From a bacterium (lineage in GTDB: Bacteria > Bdellovibrionota_C > UBA2361 > CALJRW01), in contig JANNBC010000057.1 in assembly GCA_031385045.1 (NCBI GenBank), forward strand, positions 1 to 45,504: a stretch of 45,504 nt of DNA, written 5' to 3'. Positions 28,122-38,050 of the stretch are shown piece after piece; the first letter of the stretch is position 1, and each line of letters opens with the position of its first letter. A program made the translations under genes and the position numbers. The notes under the pieces are model-generated. The model was not told where the DNA came from. It saw only the letters and a list, made by a program, of their open reading frames with translations, and did not search any database.

Positions 28122-29384
28122 ATGAATAGACAAATAATAACAAGCCTTGGACTAATCAGTGGAACATCCATGGATGGAGTCGATGCTGCCCTAATTCGTA
28201 CTGATGGCGAAAATCAATTAGAGAGAGTTGCTGGCTATTTCTTTCCTTTCCCGACGGAAGCCCAAATACTTTTTAAAGCTTTGGAATATTCCGCTAAACA
28301 AAACTTCGGCGATTTAAAAGAAGTTGAAAAACATTTTGTGCGCGACGCTGAAGCCTACTTACAAATGGTCAATGCCACACAAACTGTTTTTACTCTCCAA
28401 GCTTGGTTACAAACTATTTTTGCTGAAGACCATTTAGATTATCTAACGGTTTGTCATTTATCTTATTACTATAACTATTTAGCAGCCGAACATCTTTGCT
28501 ATGAAAATCAAATTCTCCTTACGGACTTAAATATCATTGGCTATCACGGACAAACAATTTATCACAATCCCGCCAATAAAATTAGTATTCAAATTGCTGA
28601 TCCAGCCTTGATGGCAGATTCTAGCGGAGCTGATGTTGTCAGTCATTTTAGAGCCAACGATCTAAAAAATGGTGGCCAAGCTGCTCCACTTGCTCCGATC
28701 TATCACTACGCCCTAGCTAAGCAAAAAGATTTAAGTAATATCGTAATTATTAATTGTGGTGGCATCGCTAACATTACCTATGTTGGGAATGAAGTTGCTG
28801 ACCTAATTGCTTTTGATTCTGGCCCAGGGAACGTTTTACTTGATCGACTAATTCGAATTAAATCAAACAATCAAAAACAATTCGATCTAAATGGTGAAAT
28901 TGGACTAATGGGAAAATGTAATCCCCGAGCTTTAGCTGATTTATTCGATACCGCCGTAACTGTAAACGGAGAAAACTTTTTTAAAATCAAACCTCCTAAG
29001 TCACTGGACACGAGCAATTTTACCCTACCAAATTCAATTTTAGATTTACCACTAGAAGATGCCTGTAGAACCTTAGCCGCCTTTACTGCCGAAGCTGTCT
29101 GGAGAGAATTAGAACACTTACCTTCTAAACCAGAGCAAATAATTCTAGCAGGTGGTGGCTGGAATAATCTTTGTATTAGAAAAGAGCTAGAGCTAAGAAA
29201 CAAAAATAATATTCCTCTAGCAACAGCTAGTGAAGCAGGTTGGAGTACTGACTTCTTAGAAGCGGAATTAATTGCTTACCTAGCAGTAAGAGCTATCTAT
29301 CGGCTCCCAATTACGTTTCCAAATACAACTGGTGTGAAAGAACCACTAACTGGCGGAGCCTATTTTAAGGCTGTGGAAATATAG
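28122..29384 (+). CDS. anmK: Anhydro-N-acetylmuramic acid kinase
   Basis: GLISGTSMDGVDAALI, GYHGQT, GGQAAPLAP, NCGGIAN, FDSGPGN, PPKSLD and FP.TTGV motifs. Confidence 0.95.
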   Translation: MNRQIITSLGLISGTSMDGVDAALIRTDGENQLERVAGYFFPFPTEAQILFKALEYSAKQNFGDLKEVEKHFVRDAEAYLQMVNATQTVFTLQAWLQTIFAEDHLDYLTVCHLSYYYNYLAAEHLCYENQILLTDLNIIGYHGQTIYHNPANKISIQIADPALMADSSGADVVSHFRANDLKNGGQAAPLAPIYHYALAKQKDLSNIVIINCGGIANITYVGNEVADLIAFDSGPGNVLLDRLIRIKSNNQKQFDLNGEIGLMGKCNPRALADLFDTAVTVNGENFFKIKPPKSLDTSNFTLPNSILDLPLEDACRTLAAFTAEAVWRELEHLPSKPEQIILAGGGWNNLCIRKELELRNKNNIPLATASEAGWSTDFLEAELIAYLAVRAIYRLPITFPNTTGVKEPLTGGAYFKAVEI

Positions 29385-29405
29385 AAAAGTTTCTTGATTT
29401 AAACC

Positions 29406-29573
29406 ATCATTAAACAAACGAAATAAATTCCCAGATTGTTCATAATCATCGTTACCATCGCGATGATTGTAACGATTTACAATTGAAGTTTCAGCATCCC
29501 ATACTGGCTCTTTATATTCTGGAGCTTCTTTTGGTCTATCCATGAAATAATTCGCTTCATAGTTTGGTTGTGA
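29406..29573 (-). pseudogene. Fragment of a monofunctional haem catalase (wrapping-loop/C-terminal region)
   Basis: PNYEANYF..RPKEAPEYKEP....RYNHRDGNDDYEQSGNLFRL resembles the catalase segment NYEPNSF..P.E.P.Y.EP....RY.HR...D.Y.Q.G.LFRL. The flanking translation is not catalase-like. Confidence 0.75.
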
Positions 29574-29869
29574 CTCAGCGTAGAATGCCCTGCCAAAATA
29601 AGCTTTAATTACCACAATCATTGAAATCCTAACTAGCCTTGTTGTTGCAGGGCTAAGAACAACCCTAGTTCTCAAGTTAGCAATTAAGAATGATCTAAAC
29701 TCAATTAAATACCTCAAGATCATAAATCCAGTACCACAAAGAGTTATCTTCTTGTTTTATCGCGCCAGTCATCAACAACTTGATTTTTGTGAACATATTG
29801 GATGATTAATTGCGTCAAAAATAAAATCGAGTCTTTAATTTATTAAATTTACTTGCTACACTATTAATC

Positions 29870-31255
29870 ATGTTTAAAAATCTATCTCCCCGCGAAAAAT
29901 CTCTGACAATTGTCTGCTTTGGACTCTGCCTTGCTTTAGGTGTCACAATCCAAACTTCTGGAATTGTTAATGCCAGCTCTAAAAACGAAGACATCTACGA
30001 AGAACTTCAAACATTTACTGATGTGCTAGCAATTGTTCAGAGTGACTATGTTTCTGAGCCAAATAATAAAGAAGTAGTCTCTGGCGCAATCAAAGGAATG
30101 TTAGCCACACTAGATCCTCACAGTAATTATTTAGAACCAAGTTTTTATGACGACCTAGAAATTCAAACTAAAGGTCGTTTCGGCGGACTAGGAATTGAAA
30201 TCAGCATGAAAGACGGCATGCTCCTAGTAGTCTCTCCAATGGAAGATTCCCCGGCAATGAAAGTTGGTGTGCAAGCTGGTGACTTTATCCTAAAAATTAA
30301 TGACGAATTTACTAAAGACTTTAGCTTAAACGATGCGATCGCTAAACTTCGTGGACCAATTGGTGAGTCAGTTCGAATTAGCGTTCAAAGAAAAGGTGTT
30401 AACAAACTAATCGAATTTACGATTGTTCGTGACACTATAAAAATTCAAAGCATTCGCAAACGTTACCTACAAGATGGCTATGGTTATGTGAGAATTGCCC
30501 AGTTTATGGAAAATTCGGCCACTGATTTAAAAAAGGCAATTGAAGATCTTGAAAAATCAAACGGTAACAAACCATTAAAAGGTTTAATTGTTGATGTTCG
30601 AAATAATCCCGGCGGACTTCTAACTCAAGCAGTTCGAATCTCTGATATGTTCCTTGAAGAAGGTGTAATTGTTTACACTAAAGGACGCTTAAAAGATCAA
30701 CAACAAAGATTCTACGCTAAGAATACTAATGACGAGCCAAAATACCCAGTAGTAATTTTAGTAAACGGTGGCTCAGCCTCTGCCTCAGAAATTGTTGCTG
30801 CTGCCCTAAAAGATCATGGACGAGCATTAATAGTTGGAACCCAAACTTTCGGTAAAGGATCTGTTCAGACAGTAACACCACTAAACAATGGTGGTGCATT
30901 AACTCTAACAACAGCACTCTACTATACAAAAAGTGGCAACTCGATCCAAGGAGAAGGCGTAGTCCCAGACATTACAGTAGAACCAAAAGCAATCGATCCT
31001 GAAAAATTAAAGACAGCAGAGTTTAAAGGAATCAGAGAATCAGAATTGCCAAAAGCCATCAGCAACCCAAATGGCAAAGAGGATTCTGAAACAACTCCCC
31101 TCCAGAAAATAAACCAAACCCCAACGATCGAAGAAACCGAAGAACCAATCAATCCTGAGAAAACTGCTCTGAAAGATTGGTTTACTAGAGACTTGCAGAT
31201 GGCCAAGGCTGTGGAGGTTTTGAAGAACTTTGAGGTGTTTAGTAAGAAAAATTAA
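29870..31255 (+). CDS. ctpA: S41 family carboxyl-terminal processing protease with PDZ domain
   Basis: LDPHS, FGGLGIEI (PDZ), DVRNNPGG, SASASEI, TFGKGSVQ and GVVPDI. Confidence 0.95.
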   Translation: MFKNLSPREKSLTIVCFGLCLALGVTIQTSGIVNASSKNEDIYEELQTFTDVLAIVQSDYVSEPNNKEVVSGAIKGMLATLDPHSNYLEPSFYDDLEIQTKGRFGGLGIEISMKDGMLLVVSPMEDSPAMKVGVQAGDFILKINDEFTKDFSLNDAIAKLRGPIGESVRISVQRKGVNKLIEFTIVRDTIKIQSIRKRYLQDGYGYVRIAQFMENSATDLKKAIEDLEKSNGNKPLKGLIVDVRNNPGGLLTQAVRISDMFLEEGVIVYTKGRLKDQQQRFYAKNTNDEPKYPVVILVNGGSASASEIVAAALKDHGRALIVGTQTFGKGSVQTVTPLNNGGALTLTTALYYTKSGNSIQGEGVVPDITVEPKAIDPEKLKTAEFKGIRESELPKAISNPNGKEDSETTPLQKINQTPTIEETEEPINPEKTALKDWFTRDLQMAKAVEVLKNFEVFSKKN

Positions 31256-31291
31256 GTCATTAACGCTTTAAGTTTGCACAAGCATCCTCAG

Positions 31292-31969
31292 CTAACTATT
31301 AGAAGTTGGAAAGCTTGCTTCTTTTAACATCCTACTTGGACAGCTAAAGCAGGCAACTGGCTTTGGAATTCTCGTGAATACCATTTCATTTAAAGCACCA
31401 AGAGTTAAATCTTCTTTCGTCTGCTCAGAACCTGCGCCTAGAAAAAATTTGACATCAACTGCAATCTTAGTTTCAGTCTCTAAAAGCTCCGTGAGCTTAG
31501 CTGACAATACACGATTCAAAGGTTCTGATAACTCACGATAATAACCACTAATTGAGCCACAAAGATTACTAGGGAAATTTAGAACAAACGCAGCAGTAAA
31601 AACATCTTGCCCTGCACCATCATCAGTAAGGTTAAAGATTGCGGCACGAACAAAACCCCCACTTGCCAATGATATTCCAACACCAATATGCGCTGCAAAT
31701 GGCTCTAGATCTTTAAATGCCACACCATTAAAAACATCGATGACAGAAGACACTATCATTTGAGCAAAGTCTGGATCTTCAATATTAGCAAAGACACCAT
31801 CACGTAAAGTACAACTTACATCAGTTGTATCACTTTGAAATGTATCCTCTGGATGACGAGATAGACCTTCAATAAATTGCTTGAAAACAAACCTTCCACC
31901 TTCATTCGATATTATTGGGAAATCTATATTTTTTGTGCCCACACACCCTTGAGACTCTGGATTAACCAT
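31292..31969 (-). CDS. Hypothetical protein
   Basis: 225-aa ORF with no recognised motif. Confidence 0.65.
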   Translation of the reverse strand: MVNPESQGCVGTKNIDFPIISNEGGRFVFKQFIEGLSRHPEDTFQSDTTDVSCTLRDGVFANIEDPDFAQMIVSSVIDVFNGVAFKDLEPFAAHIGVGISLASGGFVRAAIFNLTDDGAGQDVFTAAFVLNFPSNLCGSISGYYRELSEPLNRVLSAKLTELLETETKIAVDVKFFLGAGSEQTKEDLTLGALNEMVFTRIPKPVACFSCPSRMLKEASFPTSNS

Positions 31970-31997
31970 CGGAATTATCTAATTAAGATTAAATCAT

Positions 31998-32037
31998 TGC
32001 TATAATACTTACATGCATACCCATGCAAGTATTATAG
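31998..32037. promoter_or_regulatory. Palindrome carrying a TATAAT on each strand, between divergent orphan genes
   Basis: CTATAATACTT (32000-32010)/AAGTATTATAG (32027-32037) with inner CATG/CATG; the plus-strand copy reads TGcTATAAT (extended -10). Confidence 0.45.
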
Positions 32038-32155
32038 GTTATATATTATAAATCTGCTATTGATGTCAAATTTAGACTATGCTACAAAGTTGTCAAATCA
32101 GATATAGAAAATCCTATATATTTTAAGACTAATTTCTATAAAATCTTAAATAACA

Positions 32156-32809
32156 ATGAATAATAAAAAATACCTCAATATTATTGATGCTCGCCCACAA
32201 GAAGCAGAAGAGACTCTTCCACAACCATTTTCTCAAGAAGATTTAAAATTTCTAAGAAAGAAGAGAGGTTATGTAGAAGAACCAAACCTAACCCACTCAT
32301 ACCTAAAAGACGGAATTGCAATCAAAGGACTGGACATTGGCTGTAATGATAACTTAATTTTTGTTCAAAATCTCCTTAAGAAATGTTTTAAAACAATCAA
32401 CACAGTCGAAGATGAGCACTTAAAAGACTTAGGTATCTTAGCCGCTGGATTTTTAAGATTTTTAGAGCTGGGGTTTCTACCTAAAACTTGTAAGCGCGAG
32501 GGCCTAACATGTCAAAGTGATTGTCAAACAAGAAATAATATTGAATTAAATTTATACTTCAGATTTACAACAGATCAATGCCCAGCAGGATTAAGAATGA
32601 TGCTTAAAGCTAAGAAATTACTGCTAGAACAACTTACTCAAGAGCTCCATGCCAACACTGAAAATATTAGTATAAATTGTATTCATGGGGGATCTCCTTG
32701 GGGAATTGAGGATGTTTACGATCTAGGTCAAAAAGAAGTCCTTAAAACACTTATCGAAATCAATACCAAATATAACCTTGAAAATCCCGGTCACTTTTTA
32801 AGCTTTTAA
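32156..32809 (+). CDS. Hypothetical protein
   Basis: 217-aa ORF with several Cys; no family recognised. Confidence 0.65.
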   Translation: MNNKKYLNIIDARPQEAEETLPQPFSQEDLKFLRKKRGYVEEPNLTHSYLKDGIAIKGLDIGCNDNLIFVQNLLKKCFKTINTVEDEHLKDLGILAAGFLRFLELGFLPKTCKREGLTCQSDCQTRNNIELNLYFRFTTDQCPAGLRMMLKAKKLLLEQLTQELHANTENISINCIHGGSPWGIEDVYDLGQKEVLKTLIEINTKYNLENPGHFLSF

Positions 32810-32826
32810 TCTCTCATCCGAAATAA

Positions 32827-35800
32827 ATGAGTGATCGATTTGAAAATACACAATCCCAAGGCACTGCTGTTGCGACACCTGAACTTGATCAGGTAGAATT
32901 TACCGTAAAGAGCTCTGCCATAGACAAGAAACCTACTCATAAAAAGTTTGATCGTGCGAGCTTTGGTAAAAACCCTCTAGAAAAAACACCAGCACCAGTA
33001 GATGATATTGCTCAAATAGTTTCTTTGCCATCAGAATCTATAGAGAACAAAAACATACCTGTAGCTAAAAAATTTAATAGGGCAAGTTTTGTAAGTACAC
33101 CAAAAGAACAAAATGAAGAACCTAAGCTTGCAAATAAAACAGTAGATCCTGAAAAACCGATACAATATCAAGCAGTGAACATAGTAACTCCTGAAATATC
33201 AACGAAACAGGATATCACTCAAGAAAACGGAATGTGCCAAGGATGTACCGGGAACAAATGTGCTGGAGGTTGTCCACTAAAAATGAAACCTGTAAATGAG
33301 CTTACGCCAGCAGAACAAGAGATACTAAAAGATGTAAGAGAAGCGCAAAAAAATAACCCTGCATTTAATGCTGAAGGATCATTTGGAGCACCGACGGAGC
33401 AGCCTGGAGTAAATGTTACAGTAATACAAAATGCGATCATACAAGATCTTCCGGTAGCTCTGTCAACTAATCAAGAAAATGTATCAACCACGATAGAACC
33501 TGTAACTCAAGCAGAATTAAAGCCGGAACATAGTCATCAAACTGAAAACTTAGCTAGTAAAGAGACACAAGTTGCTACGAATGATATCAAATTAGAAACG
33601 TTTCAAAATGGAATAGAAAACTCTCAGGAGACTAGTGCTCGCTTGAAATCTGAAGCTAGCTTACCTATCACTGAACCTGATAATGCGACCAATCTGCAAA
33701 TTAACGCTAATAGTGAAAAAGAATTAGATCATACTCAGCATGATACTTTAAGTACTGCTCCAGAAATAGAAATCTCAATTACAAAAAATCAAGTACCTCA
33801 CATTGAAATTGACCCAACACTCAGTACAGAAAAAACAATTCCTCTAGCTACCGACTCTACAGAAAGTTTAACTCGTGAAGAAAGACGCGACGCAGAACAT
33901 CTGATTGATCAAGCTGAAGGAATTAAATTAGATACTGAGAACGAACTTAGTAAGCCTGTAGATACGAATGTAAAAGGTCATGAAATAGAACTGGAAGTAG
34001 CATTAAAAGACAATCTTCAAGTTAATCCTCAAATGCAAATTGATGGTGAGCCTGATGTAAAACAACAAGCTGGAGTTGAAGCGAAGTTACCATTAGATGA
34101 TACAATTCAAGTTACTACTGATTCCGAAATTGAGGGTAAAGCACCAATGAATCAAGTAGGCCTTGAGATAGATGGAAGTCTTAGACAAACTGAAACTGAG
34201 TCTCAACTGACTAAGGATGAAAATCCAAAAGGCACTTTAGAACTAACAGCAGAAACAAATGTTAATAACCAAGTAGATGCAAAAATAGATTCTCAAGTAC
34301 ATCTTACTACTGATGAGGCTGAATTAGTTCTAGCAAAAGAAGTAAATCCAAAAGATTCCCTAGAACATGAAATTGAAGTTCCCCATGATAACCATGTTGA
34401 TCCAAGACTGGAATCAGTAGTTGACACTTCACCTTCAGAGGAACCCCACTTAGTCGTTCCAAATGAGCTAGCTCCTGACTTAGAAGTTAAATTAGATACT
34501 AAAGAAGAAGCCACTCTTGCAACTGCTGGAGTTGAAGGTGTCATTGTAAATGACGTTGCTCCTGAAAAACAGATCGAAGTTGCCGAAGCAACTGAAACAA
34601 TCCCAACAGAAGCAGTAACAGAAGTTAATCCAATCATTGGCGAAGTTGAAGTAGCATTAGCTAAAGAAGCTCAACCTGAACATCAAGCAGAAGTTTTAGA
34701 AACAACAGACACTATTGAAGCCAATCCTGAAGTTGAAACTGCTACTGCCAACGGAGAGATTAAAGTAGATCTTTCCCCAGAACAAAAACTAGAAGTTTCT
34801 GAAGCTTCTGAAGCTCCAGAAGCTCTTCCGAGAGAGCTTATAATAGATAAATTAGCAAAAGATATTGCTAGCGAAGAAGAGCTTGAGTTAGCTCAAAATC
34901 AAAACCCTATTGCTGATATCGATACTGAGACCCCTGTTGAATTGAAAGCCGAAAAAGACGTAATGACTAATCCTTTATCAGAGGACAAAGATTTAGTCAT
35001 TGATCAGAAACTTGATCCAATTATCGCAGTTGATGTTATTGCAGAAACTAATACTGAACCAACTAGCGAAACTAATCTAGATGATCAACAATTAACGGAG
35101 GAAGAACTACGTTTAGCACAAGTAGATCCAAAGAATACTGAAAATATCTTAGATCCAAATGCCCAACTACCACTTGAAGTTCAGGAAGGAATTAAAGATT
35201 CGGATGTAGCATTATCTAAAGATGAAAATCTAATTGCCAGCGATCTTGCAACAGACATTAAAACAGACACACCTCTTGATTTAAAAGTTGAAACAAATTT
35301 AGATTCTAGATTGCTGACTGAAGAAGAATTACTCTTAGCTCAAGTAGATCCAAATAATGAGTTGGAAATCAATACTGATAAAATAGTAGACCCAAAAGCA
35401 GAAATTACTCCGGAAGGCCAATTAGTAAATAACGAGTTAGAATTGGCTCAGGATCCCAATGTAACTATTATCTCAGAAATACCTCTAGAACTTAACCCTA
35501 GCCTGCCAATCGATCCAACTCAAGAAATTCAGGCAGAAGTTAACCCTGAGCTAACAGAAGAAATGAGATTAGTGGAAGAAACTGACTTGCAAATTAACCC
35601 AGAATTAATTGCTGGAACTGAGATAGATTCTGACATTATCATTCCTGAAGAACTGCAAGAGACTGATGTTGTAGATTTAGAATTGCAAAATATACAGCAG
35701 GAAGTTAATCCAGAACTAGAGGCGACATTAGCAACAGAACCACTCCCTGAAGATTTGCTTGATGTTTCCCCAGAAACAATCTTGGAAGAAGAATTGCAAG

Positions 35801-36816
35801 CTGTTATCGATCCTGAGCTAGAGCAAGAAGTTTTACTAGCGGATGTAGTTGAACCAGAAGCAGAAGAGGAAATGCTTTTAGCGGAAGCACCTGTGGCAGA
35901 AACTGATGAAAACATGGTTCTTGCTGTGGAAAAAGAAGTTGAACTTGAAGCTGAGATGGAATTAGCAGAGCTTCAAACAGTTACACCCGAAGAATCAATC
36001 GATCAAGAATTAGAAACTGCGGAAGTATTAGAAGCTCAGCAGGATATCCCAGAAGATCAAATAGACACTACAACTGAGAGTGCTGAGAATATTATTTCAG
36101 CTGAAGAACTTACCAGACTAGTTGATGAAATTACCGTTGAGATGACTAATAATTTAGTTCCCGAGGATCTAGGAATTGAAATCGAGATACCAGAATCCAA
36201 ATTAGCAGATCTAGAACTACAGGCCTTAATTGAGGTCATCCAAGAATCAATTGATTTAGGAAATAATCTTCAGCTTACAATCCCTGAGGATTTAAAAGAA
36301 CTTTTGGCGGCTAACCCAGAAGATAGTCAAATTCTATTAGTAAATTTAATTGATCTAGCTCAAGCAAGCGATGTTAATAATGAGCAATTAAGCAACTTAA
36401 TTAGATTACTCAATCAAGAACAAGAGTTAGAACCGAAGGAAATTATTTCTAACTTAGATTCAGAGCTCACTGGATTACTTAGTGGCCGACTTGATGACTT
36501 GAGTGTGCTTGAATTTAAAGAATTGTTTTCTAAACAAATCCCAGATCTTTCCACAGAAGAATTATTAAACTTTATGTTATTAATGCAAACTCTTAAAAAA
36601 TCTAAAGGCAAATTGGAAGATTTAACTTTAGAAGAGCAATATTTATTACAAGAATTACTAGCCAGTAACGGTGAGGGAACGACCTTAGAGGAACTAAGCC
36701 CAGAAGAATTAGAGGAATTAATTCAAGAATTAAAAGCTCAAATCATGAATTCCCTTTTAAAATCTAAGGAATCTGGTGATTTTCTTAGCGAGAACGAAGA
36801 ATCAGTTATTGCCTAA
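32827..36816 (+). CDS. Very large acidic, low-complexity protein with a four-Cys motif
   Basis: 1329-aa uninterrupted ORF rich in E/D/T/P/L and nearly devoid of aromatics, with CQGCTGNKCAGGCP near the N-terminus and internal degenerate repeats. Confidence 0.85.
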   Translation: MSDRFENTQSQGTAVATPELDQVEFTVKSSAIDKKPTHKKFDRASFGKNPLEKTPAPVDDIAQIVSLPSESIENKNIPVAKKFNRASFVSTPKEQNEEPKLANKTVDPEKPIQYQAVNIVTPEISTKQDITQENGMCQGCTGNKCAGGCPLKMKPVNELTPAEQEILKDVREAQKNNPAFNAEGSFGAPTEQPGVNVTVIQNAIIQDLPVALSTNQENVSTTIEPVTQAELKPEHSHQTENLASKETQVATNDIKLETFQNGIENSQETSARLKSEASLPITEPDNATNLQINANSEKELDHTQHDTLSTAPEIEISITKNQVPHIEIDPTLSTEKTIPLATDSTESLTREERRDAEHLIDQAEGIKLDTENELSKPVDTNVKGHEIELEVALKDNLQVNPQMQIDGEPDVKQQAGVEAKLPLDDTIQVTTDSEIEGKAPMNQVGLEIDGSLRQTETESQLTKDENPKGTLELTAETNVNNQVDAKIDSQVHLTTDEAELVLAKEVNPKDSLEHEIEVPHDNHVDPRLESVVDTSPSEEPHLVVPNELAPDLEVKLDTKEEATLATAGVEGVIVNDVAPEKQIEVAEATETIPTEAVTEVNPIIGEVEVALAKEAQPEHQAEVLETTDTIEANPEVETATANGEIKVDLSPEQKLEVSEASEAPEALPRELIIDKLAKDIASEEELELAQNQNPIADIDTETPVELKAEKDVMTNPLSEDKDLVIDQKLDPIIAVDVIAETNTEPTSETNLDDQQLTEEELRLAQVDPKNTENILDPNAQLPLEVQEGIKDSDVALSKDENLIASDLATDIKTDTPLDLKVETNLDSRLLTEEELLLAQVDPNNELEINTDKIVDPKAEITPEGQLVNNELELAQDPNVTIISEIPLELNPSLPIDPTQEIQAEVNPELTEEMRLVEETDLQINPELIAGTEIDSDIIIPEELQETDVVDLELQNIQQEVNPELEATLATEPLPEDLLDVSPETILEEELQAVIDPELEQEVLLADVVEPEAEEEMLLAEAPVAETDENMVLAVEKEVELEAEMELAELQTVTPEESIDQELETAEVLEAQQDIPEDQIDTTTESAENIISAEELTRLVDEITVEMTNNLVPEDLGIEIEIPESKLADLELQALIEVIQESIDLGNNLQLTIPEDLKELLAANPEDSQILLVNLIDLAQASDVNNEQLSNLIRLLNQEQELEPKEIISNLDSELTGLLSGRLDDLSVLEFKELFSKQIPDLSTEELLNFMLLMQTLKKSKGKLEDLTLEEQYLLQELLASNGEGTTLEELSPEELEELIQELKAQIMNSLLKSKESGDFLSENEESVIA

Positions 36817-36888
36817 CGTCAGCATAGTGCTAAGATAATTGCTTTTCGCCGACCTGAAATTAGAGCGAAAACTTTTTCAAGTGCCAAG

Positions 36889-37416
36889 ATGAATCCAGAA
36901 CAAGACATAGCTAAAGCTCATCATGCGGATGGTGTTGACCTTCACATAGCAAAAAATTTAATTATCTATATCGACGATCAGATTCATATTGGCGAACCAT
37001 TAGGTAAAATTTGTTGCTTAGTTAACTCAAGTAACCTAGCAGAACCTCTTACAAATCTTTCCTACCAATTTATTCAATCACTTGAACTCGGAGGACTAGA
37101 AAAAACTGCGCGACTAGTTCAGGGCTTAATTCATCAAGCACCTGCTGATTGTAAAATTGGAATAGTTTGTGATCAAGATCAAAAAGAATTTACTGGTAAT
37201 CAATTAGCGACAGAAATAAAATCACGTTACCCAACGGAAGTTATCGAGGAACGCTTTAAATTTTTAGCCTATACAGCAAATAGTCAAATGTCAGTGGTTG
37301 CTGCGCTCTGGGACGGACTTGGTCATTGCATTCCTAAAATTGATACTGGAGTAGACACAAAAACTACAGTTACTAATATTCTAAACTACTTATTTTATGA
37401 AAACCAAAACACATAA
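36889..37416 (+). CDS. Possible divergent response-regulator receiver-like protein
   Basis: IIYIDD ... IVCDQD..FTGNQLATEIK ... FLAYTAN ... IPK follows the DD/D/T/K order of receiver domains, with an insertion. Confidence 0.5.
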   Translation: MNPEQDIAKAHHADGVDLHIAKNLIIYIDDQIHIGEPLGKICCLVNSSNLAEPLTNLSYQFIQSLELGGLEKTARLVQGLIHQAPADCKIGIVCDQDQKEFTGNQLATEIKSRYPTEVIEERFKFLAYTANSQMSVVAALWDGLGHCIPKIDTGVDTKTTVTNILNYLFYENQNT

Positions 37417-37798
37417 TCTTTACGACCAACTTGTTACTGAGTTTGAAATTCAACCAGAAGAGGTAGCAACTTTGGCAAATTTTATTGAAGAATTAAATAA
37501 AATCTCCGAGACTCCTGGGCGCATTTCCCCTGCCAGTTTCTCAGAAATCACCAGACAGAAAAAGTTCTTTTTAGTCAGTAAGCTTGGTAAGATTATTGAA
37601 GAACGTCTTCGACTAGAAAGCTACTTAGCTGAGCCTTCTCCTGCTGGCAATGAACCATATCCAATTTCTCGTCTCGCACATATCCCACCAGATTACTGTA
37701 CAGGTAATTACTTTGGTAAATTACAGATGATGCATGAAAGACATATCATTCGCGTTCAAAGATTCTTTGAGCTTCAGCAAACTCAAACTACTATTTAA
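37397..37798 (+). CDS. Hypothetical protein
   Basis: 133-aa ORF overlapping the upstream gene by 20 nt. Confidence 0.55.
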   Translation: MKTKTHNLYDQLVTEFEIQPEEVATLANFIEELNKISETPGRISPASFSEITRQKKFFLVSKLGKIIEERLRLESYLAEPSPAGNEPYPISRLAHIPPDYCTGNYFGKLQMMHERHIIRVQRFFELQQTQTTI

Positions 37799-37837
37799 TT
37801 CCTTACCATCTATAAAACTTTATGCTATAAAACATAT

Positions 37838-38050
37838 ATGGCTAAATCGAGTAAAAATTGGCAATTAGTATATCAAGGTGCCATCGAGAACTTCGATAAT
37901 GCTGAATCACTAGAATATTGGAAAGATAAGTCTGCAAATGAAAAATTTGCAGAAGTTACTCGATTAATTAACCAAGCGTTATCAATTCAAGGAAAGACCC
38001 ACGATGGATCCGGACTACTTAGAACTACTGCAGTTATTAAATTCCCATAA
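37838..38050 (+). CDS. Small protein, probable partner of the downstream nucleotidyltransferase
   Basis: 70 aa with LEYWKDKSANEKFAEV; overlaps the next gene by 47 nt; -10-like box directly upstream. Confidence 0.65.
   Translation: MAKSSKNWQLVYQGAIENFDNAESLEYWKDKSANEKFAEVTRLINQALSIQGKTHDGSGLLRTTAVIKFP

Noticed and set aside
29346..29723. 125-aa ORF as a functional protein
   Set aside because: Only the middle is catalase-like, it overlaps the anmK end, and it lacks the catalytic domain.
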